From the NCBI GenBank assembly GCA_040954595.2, contig CM082587.2, positions 7,491,705-7,555,704 of the forward strand: DNA of 64,000 nt. The letters are read 5' to 3'. Positions 54,490 to 64,000 of this stretch are shown one piece after another. The stretch is from Balanoglossus misakiensis. Taxonomy: Eukaryota; Animalia; Hemichordata. Position 1 is the first letter of the stretch; every line of letters starts with the position of its first letter. The notes under the pieces are model-generated. The model made no database searches and was not told the DNA's origin. It saw only the letters and a list, made by a program, of their open reading frames with translations. Both the position numbers and the translations under genes were made by a program.

Positions 54490-55429
54490 CCGTATATTCT
54501 CACAAATAAGCGCCACTTTTTAACCATTTCAAATTTTGGTGGCGCCTAAACAAAGGCAGAAATGAGTCTTTCAAGAACCGGTGGCGCTTATTCATGGGTC
54601 GCCCTGTATATCATGTGTATACTGTACCCTGTTGATTCATATGCAAATGATTTGGGACGTTCCAATCTCTGTTCTCGTAAGGGGGTGTCCGCAGTGAATG
54701 AATGGCTGTTTCAAATTCATACGTAAAGTTTTAACATTTTCTATTCAAATACAGTCAGGTCAATGTATTGTCTAATAAATATTCCAGAAATAAAAAGTTG
54801 TCAACGAAGTGAATACTACGAGCAGCATTACAGTATGCTGGCTGAACCATCAACAAAATCTACTGACGTATAGTGGTTTAGTCCAAGTGCGTCTTTGTCA
54901 TGCTCCCACACATGTAAGGTCAGGCGAGGTTGCGTGAATATTCATGAGAAAATTAATACCGCAAACATTCACAACTTGAAAAACTAGTCCTATTATTTCA
55001 AAGCCCTGGCCATATGGTCAAACTTGGGTGGTAGTGCCGGTAACGTAAGCGGCTGCCGATCGATCGACAGGAAAAAGAAAAAGAGTGTCTAGACGCCCGG
55101 CACCTGTGTCTTTTGCAGTGAATAATAATTTACATAAATTAGGAGGTTGACATGTGCCCGATTTCATCTTGTAAATAAATAGCACATCATCCCAAAGCAT
55201 GGATTGTCTGCCCAGGTCAATTATTATTCACGCAGCAAGCCCCCCTTGATTTTGACCAGACCCCTAAACAGGTGTTACCTCGGTAGTACTTGCCATGATT
55301 CACGTAGGTCCACACACCTCAAAAAAAAAAAAAAAAAAAATCCTGGCGCTTAATTTTAAGTAAAAAGTAGCAAAGTCAGGTATCACTGGCGCCTAATCAT
55401 GGGTGGCGCTTATTTGTGAGAATATACGG
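54490..55429. mobile_element. Non-autonomous TIR element, TA TSD (pogo/Tc1-like)
   Basis: ta|ccgtatattctcacaaataagcgccac ... gtggcgcttatttgtgagaatatacgg|ta. Confidence 0.88.
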
Positions 55430-56343
55430 TAACGACTTTTGAACAAATAATATAGCTAAATAATAAGTTAACACATGGCACCCCATAGATTCTTTCATCA
55501 CAATATCTGCGAATAAATTATTTGGCAGTGACGTCTCAACAGAAGAGTAGAATTTTTTTATGGTACTTCTTTACAAACACGCCAGTGTACGCTTGTGACA
55601 TCTCTTTTCCAATATCATACACGGTACCAGGTGAGAGTAGAATGCCGAAGTCCATTTTATTGTGACGCTGGGGGTACCTGTGACGTCATAGATAAAGAAT
55701 TCTCGCAAGGAAAAAGCAGGGCTGCTGGACAATCGCTGGACAATTGTAGGTGAGAATTTGAAATATTCAAAAATTACCAATCTGAGGTGATCACTGTTAT
55801 AATATATACTTTACACATCAACTGTTCTAACAAAACTGAGACATGAAAACAGTCAACAAGCACACTCAGATATCAGAAAATGCGTAGTGCCAGAAAAAAA
55901 TTGTATTATTTTCAGGTTCTATTTCCTGGTGTGTCTGATGAGAGAACAGTGTTAAAATCTGACCGAATTGCCTGATATTGGTGTTGATTTGTAGCTAGTC
56001 TTCAACAATAGCTGTTTAGTGATATCACTAGTATAAAAATGGATAATTACACACTTAAAGTGTTGATTATGCTAGTATATAATAAGTTTTGTAGCCCTGC
56101 GTACAGGTCTATGTGTTCTTGGCATTACACGGCCTCCACCACAGCCCTGCAAGGCTCTCAATAGACCTACCCCCAAATAGCTGCTGCTAGGTTGACTGTT
56201 GTTTGTTGTTGTCGTGTAATATGCATGGGAGACATAGATCTTTATGTTAGGCTAACAGTTTTGCAGTTCTACGGTACAACGTCATGGCGTCATGTTTAAC
56301 CACAGACGTTCATAGAGCCCGACATGTAAACTAAGCGGCCAGG

Positions 56344-56538
56344 TTAAAGGTATAGTCACCCCCAATTTACATACGCCCATATATGGCTTAAATGGAGTAT
56401 TTGAGCATTCAAAAGAAACTATGGTGGCGCTTTTTTTTTCGCGTGTGCCACCCACTGAAAATCTGTACGTGATTGGCTAGATCACAATTTGCCATGGCAA
56501 CTATAGCTAATTTTCTATAGGTGACTGTATACCTTTAA
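56344..56538. mobile_element. MITE with TTAA flanks (Kolobok-like)
   Basis: ttaaaggtatagtcacc ... ggtgactgtatacctttaa. Confidence 0.7.
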
Positions 56539-56847
56539 CTCATGACCTAGTTGCGGCGGTATGTTATAGCCACGACTTCTGCTTATGACATTTTGGGGTG
56601 TGTCGTACACAACTCGTCTATAACTATAATGGCAGCTCGTTGAATAGCAGAGCCATACTTCAGTTAATCAAATATTTGCTCTATGTCGCTACTGTTAACT
56701 GTTGGTTCTCCAGATGCAGGAATTTGCATCAGATCTGGTCTGCCGCCCAAACATAATTTACTACCTTGAATACACTGAAAGGCAATTCTATTCTGAAAAA
56801 TTAATGGGACGTTTCCGTTTATATGTAGGTGACAGTTCTATCGCAAA

Positions 56848-59800
56848 ATGCAACACGATCCCCTCCATGTCGCCCAGCTTCAGGGACAGCAAAACTATCT
56901 ACCGCAGCCATGGCAAACATCCAGACCCCAGATGGCCGCACCACGACCGGGTTTTGCTCATCGTGCTATCGCCGGTCTGAGCATTTGCGGAGTTATTTTG
57001 GGTGTCATTGCAATACTTCTGGGAATAGTTTCAATCGTTTTGGAAACTGCAACTGCTTTCATCGGAACGGGGATATGGTGTGGTGTTTTTGTAAGTGTCC
57101 AAACTTTGCCCTGTGTCAATTCAGTGATTGAGATGGTAAAGCGGTAGATTTTTATTTTAAAGGGACAAATTGAAAATTCTGGGAATAGTTTCAATCGTTT
57201 TGGAAACTGCAACTGCTATAATCGGAACGGGGATATGGTGTGGTGTTTTTGTAAGTGTCCAAACTTTGCCCTGTGTCAATTCAGGGATTGAGATGGTAAA
57301 GCGGTAGATTTTTATTTTAAAGGGACAAATTGAAAATTCTGGGAATAGTTTCAATCGTTTTGGAAACTGCAACTGCTATAATCGGAACGGGGATATGGTG
57401 TGGTGTTTTTGTAAGTGTCCAAACTTTGCCCTGTGTCAATTCAGTGATTGAGATGGTAAAGCGGTAGATTTTTATTTTAAAGGGACAAATTGAAATCACT
57501 CATTTGTGGCATTATTTAACTTAATTTAATTTAAAATTTCCCGAGAAATATTATTTATAGTGTTCTTCTCACTTAAATGGGCTCAAATACTGGTTGTCAC
57601 AACTCACACCTTGTACATTGGCAGCATGTTACTTCCATAATTAAATTTATGGTATGTACCAAAAATTGTTTTATAGAAGAATTCACACATTATTACCATG
57701 CATAGGTTGAGAGTTGAACTGTAACAAGTACATTTCAGTGAGCAGAAAAACATAAATAGCGTTTCAAAAGAAACTAAAAAAAATTGAAAACTGGATGACT
57801 TTGTCCCTTTAAACAATTGCATAGAATATATAAAATAATAGCATCAGGGGGTAAACTGCCCCAAAACACGTATATGCAGCAAATATCAGTTCAATCAATA
57901 CAACGAACATGCCTATCAAAGTTCAAAGCAATCTGACAAGCGGTTTGAAAGAAAACAAATTTTAACATACAAACATGGTATAAATACTTTTTCCTTTCTT
58001 TTAGTTCATAATTACCGGGTCATTTGGACTTGTATCTGCAAAGAAGAAAACTAACGCATTTGTAAGTAACCCGTAATCTCATTTTTGTTAATTTGTTTGG
58101 GTAATTGGAGATCATGTACTGGTGGAGTAACCATGCATAATAAAACAGTTGGGTTTAAGTCACAAAGGGTGTGAATAATCGCACATTACTGATGATGTTG
58201 ATAATGACCATCCCCATAAAGTGTAGCATTCAAAACTATACACTGCAAAGGTTATATTCGTCACACTATTGCTCCAACTTCACCTCAATGAAGGGAGAGA
58301 AGTTCTACATAGCAGCTCTTCTGTTTTACAGGACAAAACTGTTACTTATAAGTATTATTGTTGACAATATTTCCAATTTATAATTTTTACATCACGTTTT
58401 GATCAACTTCAGTTTGGGTCAGTAGGTAGAAAAAAAAAAGCAGCTAGGGTCAGTGGGTAGAAAAAGAAACAGCTAGATCATAATTTATACTGACCGTTTT
58501 GTCTGACGAATTACTAATTCATAAAGTCGGTTAACATGAATATTGAGTGTAGCATAACAATTTTACACGTTCAAAACAAATAGACGCTAGAGAAGCCAAC
58601 ATCATGCTGTACCGGGTAAAAAGTGACACCCGGTAACCAGTTAGCCACGGCAATTTTTTCGTAGCAGGATTAGTGTTATATGTACCGGTATATAGCGAGG
58701 AATTTTTCATTGCAGTGATCAACGCATTTCAGTGCATAACATCTCCAAGTTTCATTTGGTTTTGGATAAGAGTCTGTTGACAGTAGTTTCTTAGATGTAG
58801 CTGATGATTGGTTCTACTGTACATATCGTTCTGCGATGCGCACATGTATTGCTGTTCATATCTGGTATATAAAATAATATGCGGTAAATGCCATTATTAT
58901 ACACCTACTGCTGTAACCTATGGAGTTCCGTAATACAATAATTCGCGGTATCACCGTACAATAATTATTCAAATGAGGACGCGAAGTCCCATAACCCACA
59001 GGGTTATGGGACTCCGCGTCCTCGGACTGGTGATCAATGTAAACAATGATGATATTAACCCTACTCTGACGAAAATTTATATAAAAAGTACACAGCCGTT
59101 ATTAAACAAAATTATTGGTGACCCAAGATGCGAAATAAGTCAAAATCCACGCTGAAATTTCAGTCGAAGGAATCTGTGAACGAACAGGCGAGCGCGTTCA
59201 TTTCAAGTTCCAGAACGAGCTCAGCGCAAGCAGCAGTGTAGAACGTCGCGCGCGAGACAGGCAGTTCGACACTAGCATCACCTGATGCGCGAGGTGAAGG
59301 CGCGTTCGATATGCAAATTACATCATGGCGGCGTCTGAAAACTAGAAAGTCCGATAGCGGCCTATTTATTCTTTATCGTCCATCAAGGACGTCCGGAAAA
59401 GGTGTATAATAATAAGGTTATTCACAAAATACCGGGATTTTTGTCCTCGTACATCGTACGCTTCGGTATTGTCCTCGACGCTGCGCGTCTCGGACAATAC
59501 CTGCGCTGCACGATGTACTCGGACATAAATCCCGGTATTTTGTGAATAACCTTATATTATGTGTTTATTTCTGAAATTATTCCCATTCGTTGTTTTTATA
59601 CAGATCATAACGTTCATGGTATTGTCAATCATATCGTCGGTGTTTGCGTTTGTTCTTGTGAGCATATCTTCCACTGCAATACCTGGAGAATATAATTGTT
59701 ACTACGACTACCGGTACGAATACGAATACACATATGGCTGCAGTGACTATGTAAGTGAATGCTCTGCCTTTCTGTCTTTTTTTTCAGGGTTGATGGGGAG

Positions 59801-61825
59801 GTACCGTAGTTTGCCGGGTAAGAACCCCTGCTCGGACAAACGCCCCCCCTGGTTTTAGGGCCCATTTGTAGATCGAGGCCATATCCGGTCTAAAGCCCCC
59901 CCCCCCCCCCCCCCCCCCCCCCGGCCGAATATCCATTAAATTCTTGGAAATTTAATAAAGTGCAATGCAAAAAAGGCGGATTTTCATCCCCAAAGTCACT
60001 AAAAGTGAAAAAAAAATGTATGATGATTTGCTTTCGCGCTGATTATCGTACCCACCGCGGCCGACTGACCTCAGACAGGTCCCTCGGGACCGTGCGTCGA
60101 ATTCAACGATCACGTAGATGGACGCGCTGCCGCGTGTGAGGTCACCAGGGAGCTTTCCAAAGCGGCCGCGTGGAGCTGTTTCAGTCCGTCCTCGACGCGA
60201 AACACCCAACATTGGAAGATCCCGACTTGGACTCGGAGAATGAACCACTCAAAAATTTGCATAAAAGTCGAGGTGGCCATCCCTCATTTGCATAAATCTC
60301 GAGGCCATATCCGGGCTAAAGCCCCCCCCCCTGTTTTTTCGCTAATCTGTTGGCCCAGCACCCGGGGCTCTTACCCGGCAAACTACGGTATATTGGATGT
60401 GGAGGGTGGTTGGGTCAGTGGTGTTTTGGTGGATGGACAGTACAGATTAATTGATGGGGGGTACCGGTATATGGATGTCTTGATGGATTAAACGATGAAT
60501 GGGTGGCTGGGATATGGATAAGGTTAATTGGTGGATGGATGGGGTGGTTTGACGTCATATAATACTTCTTTCCCAACAAACAGGGCGGCAGAGTGGCACT
60601 TGATGCTCTCCTTGTGACGCTTGGTGTTGCCGAAGGTGTGATTTCTATCATCACCTCTGCTCTCTGTTGCAGAGTTGTTTGCTGTGGTCAGCCGCAGATG
60701 GTAAGAAGTCTATGTAGAAGGATAATTCTGAACACCTTACATGTAGTGTGCTTCAAGACACTGATCCAAACTCTAGTAACTTAATATAACACAAATGTAT
60801 GCTCAACAGATATTATTATACAGATATACCGGTATATTGCAGAACAAGTACACCATGACTTTTGCGCGAACTGTGGTCTGGGTAAGAAGCCTGTACAAAT
60901 ATCAAACTAATTAAATTCTTTGTTATCCCAGGCGATGTACTATGCCGCTCCAATGCAAGGGTTACCTGTTCAAGGGAATTATGCAGCAGGGCAAGGTTTG
61001 CAGATGATCAGTGATACAAGCACACTCCCACCATACCACATCCGGTGTGCACCTCAGCCCCCAGGTAGGTGTTTTTGTGAAACACGGGACTGTGCATTTT
61101 GGACTAATTGTTCAGAACATTTTAGCAACTTCACTTTATTTCTGAGGGTTTACCTTTAGGTATTGTGCGCCTCGAAATTCAAAATGTTTAACTTTTTCTT
61201 ATTTTGTTTTTCTCACGCCAACTTTAGATTATCCATTTAGACTTCAGAATAAAAAAAAAAAAAAACATTCAGGGGTCACCGCGCAAAAGTTTGAAAGATA
61301 GCCAAAAATTGATTGTCATATTTGTCACCAATGCCTGAGTAAATTTATGTAGAGACACCTTCTTTTGCCCGTTGACTCCCACACACTTAAATTTAGAAAA
61401 AAAAATGAAATGTTTGGACTGTTATTTTTCTCAAAAGAGTCTGTCCCAAATGCACATACACGGTAACCGTATACATTTCATTCACATCAGGTTGAATATT
61501 CACATTTGCAGGTCAACGAGACCAATATCTGTATACCGGTTCACCACCATGTGCATTTGCGCCTGCAGTGATGCCACAAGTACCTCGATTAACTACAGGC
61601 AACACTCCAACACAGGGGTATCCTGTAGTCATTGCACCACAGTGCCACTCGCAGCAAATGCTGCCAATGCAGCACGGTCAGCAGCCGCTGCAGCAAGAAC
61701 TGACCCGACCACTGGAGCACGTCAGTCACCAACAAACGACGCATGGTGTCTCCCCTCCGCCGCCAAAGGACAACATCGATGAAACTATGACGTCACACTT
61801 GATTGAAAATGAAGTACACGAGTGA
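56848..61825 (+). CDS. MS4A/CD20-like four-transmembrane protein with Q/P-rich termini
   Basis: Exons 56848-57090, 58005-58061, 59604-59750, 60584-60700, 60932-61064, 61569-61825. TM1 LSICGVILGVIAILLGIV; GIWCGVFFIITGSFGL; FMVLSIISSVFAFVL; LGVAEGVISIITSALCC, all typical of the CD20 family. Confidence 0.85.
57017..57495. repeat. 160-bp tandem triplication of an exon 3' end, donor site and intron start
   Basis: Units start at 57017, 57177 and 57337 and are nearly identical. Confidence 0.95.
57478..57812. mobile_element. MITE with TTAA flanks (agggacaaa termini)
   Basis: ttaaagggacaaa ... tttgtccctttaa. Confidence 0.65.
58975..59560. mobile_element. Element bounded by two hairpins (58975-59023 and 59407-59560)
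   Basis: gaggacgcg.agtcccataaccc-aca-gggttatgggact.cgcgtcctc; ataaggttattcacaaaataccgggattt...aaatcccggtattttgtgaataaccttat. Confidence 0.65.
59804..60388. mobile_element. Non-autonomous TIR element, TA TSD
   Basis: ta|ccgtagtttgccgggtaaga.ccc ... gggctcttacccggcaaactacgg|ta. Confidence 0.87.
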
Positions 61826-63384
61826 AAATGCCTAGTTTTTTGAAGGGCACCAAAATCAAGGCATATTACGTCTGGCCATGATACATATTTCATATTTTTG
61901 CATAGTCTAAGACATGTAAGAAGGTATTGCTGAACTTGATACTTACTACAGAAAAATGTGACTGCGAATCTCTCATTTATATTTCTAAGTGACATGGTTT
62001 TAATTATTTCTTGATGTAAATTAGCATAAGACTTTATATTTGTAGTTTATTTAGTCGACATTTCAGAAAAAAATCAGCTGCCCTTCCTGTGCCTACAAAC
62101 CAAAATATAGAAGTGACACACGCAGACGTACATATATACATTTTTTTTTAATCAGTTGAAGTACATTTGCAATTCCATGCGTAGAATACTTCATAACACA
62201 GAAATTTGTAACTGAAAGTTTGGGATTTCCATATCACATCAACTTGTATCATCATGGAAATGCGCCTACTTATGTGAGAGATTTATTACATTTATATATA
62301 CCAGCTAGAGATCTGCGATCGAATGATAAATTCTGTTAAACGCAACCTCGTGGCAACATTGCCAAACTGTATGGATAGAGAGCATTTTCAGTATGTTCAC
62401 CGTATTTACGTAATAATTTGGCTTTAGTAATCAAAAACACCAGAAGTGTTGATAGTTTAAAGCGCAATTTGAAAACCTACCATTTTGCTCAGTTTTATGT
62501 GTAATGTGTTTGTTGTGATTGTAGTCTTTTGGTTCAATTATTTTATCCAGCTATGTACTTTTTTAATTCACTTTATTTAGCTACCGAATGTGTAATAATA
62601 ATCACCCATTCCCTTTCATTGTGGTTTAACCACAGTAAGATATTCATACACACTATCCCTTCTGATATGATTTAAGATACATGTATTAGTGTATAGATTT
62701 GCTATAACAGTTTGTACATGTTTGTCACACTAACGGAAAAATAAGGTTTGTCATTAATCCGAAGTTCTGTCTCATTAAAAAATGGCGAATAATAATTGCA
62801 TCAAGGATTGGTGGGAAAATGATGTTTACTGACAAACTGAACAGTATGATGTGCTTGCCAAAATGTCCATGTTTGAGTATTTATAACGATGGTGTCTATA
62901 CGACCTTGGATTCAAAGCAGCTGTTCACAACACTGTGAATTCAATGACCTATGTTGATAACAAGAAATCGCTCGAAATGACTCCTGACACCCCAAGCAGC
63001 AAGCAGTGTGTTTGAATAACACAATATTTACACAGGCGATATATGAGCGGATTTTCTGTTACAGCGAAGAATTGCTTCACAGTTCTACTCCAAATGAGCG
63101 ACACACCTGTGACAAGTAGGCCTAGTGTGTGTGTGTGTGTGTGTGTGAATACCAAAATATTTACACAGGCTATATATGACAAATGTTTACAACTACTTTG
63201 GGCATAGTTATGCAGCTAAGCATTGCTTCACCAGCCAACAGAATTTCTTCACGAGTAAAAGAAGAAACTGCTCCAAATTTAGTTTTTTTACATAGAAAAA
63301 TTCTCACAAGGATGAACATCGTCAGTATAATCAGGCAGCGATGACTTGAAAAAAGAAGGGATGCCCTAGCAGACAAAACCCTCT

Positions 63385-64000
63385 TGACAATATGTCATAC
63401 CCTCCCCTAGTTCTATACTTTGACAATAAAATGTCAAGCCCCCCCCCCCTAGTTCTGCACTTTGACTAATCAATACATGTCATGCCCTCAGGCCCCAAGA
63501 TGTGTATTATTACTGACAATATGTCAAACCCTCCCCTAGTTCTGTACTTTGACAATAAAATGTCAAGCCACCCCCCTAGTTCTGCACTTTGACTAATCAA
63601 TATATTTCATGCCCTCAGGCCCCAAGATGTGTATTATTACTGACAATATGTCATACCCTCCCCTAGTTCTGCACTTTGACAATAAAATGTCAAGCCCCCC
63701 CCCCCCCCAGTTCTGCACTTTGACTAATCAATACATGTCATGCCCTCAGGCCCCAAGATGTGTATTATTACTGACAATATGTCATACCCTCCCCTAGTTC
63801 TGCACTTTGACAATAAAATGTCAAGCCCCCCCCCCCCTAGTTCTGCACTTTGACTAATCAATACATGTCATGCCCTCAGGCCCCAAGATGTGTATTATTA
63901 CTGACAATATGTCAAACCCTCCCCTAGTTCTGTACTTTGACAATAAAATGTCAAGCCACCCCCCTAGTTCTGCACTTTGACTAATCAATATATTTCATGC
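63385..64000. repeat. About 130-bp minisatellite with internal sub-repeats, runs off the window end
   Basis: tgacaatatgtcataccctcccctagttct...ggccccaagatgtgtattattac repeated about 4.7 times, with variable poly-C length. Confidence 0.95.

Overview
AT-rich, intron-containing animal DNA, most likely an invertebrate deuterostome (echinoderm or hemichordate; inferred from gene content, not provable here). Exons were assembled by hand from GT-AG sites and phase checks. Genes, left to right: (1) an intact carbohydrate sulfotransferase (CHST-like); (2) a 5-exon O-fucosyltransferase-like (GT68/POFUT2-fold) gene on the minus strand; (3) a second sulfotransferase paralog with a 99-codon deletion and a frameshift; (4,5) two tandem 14-exon polycystin-1/REJ-like genes (2xCTL-GAIN-GPS; CTL-Link-partial REJ-GAIN-GPS) that both stop just after the GPS motif with no transmembrane region; (6) a xanthine dehydrogenase/aldehyde oxidase-family gene with a strongly altered substrate pocket and a U12-type intron; (7) an MS4A/CD20-like tetraspan gene. 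There are also many MITEs, hairpin elements, an L2 LINE fragment and tandem repeats. The best candidate for a new system is the 34-kb block that places fucose/sulfate 'writer' enzymes beside apparently secreted lectin-REJ/GAIN 'reader' proteins.
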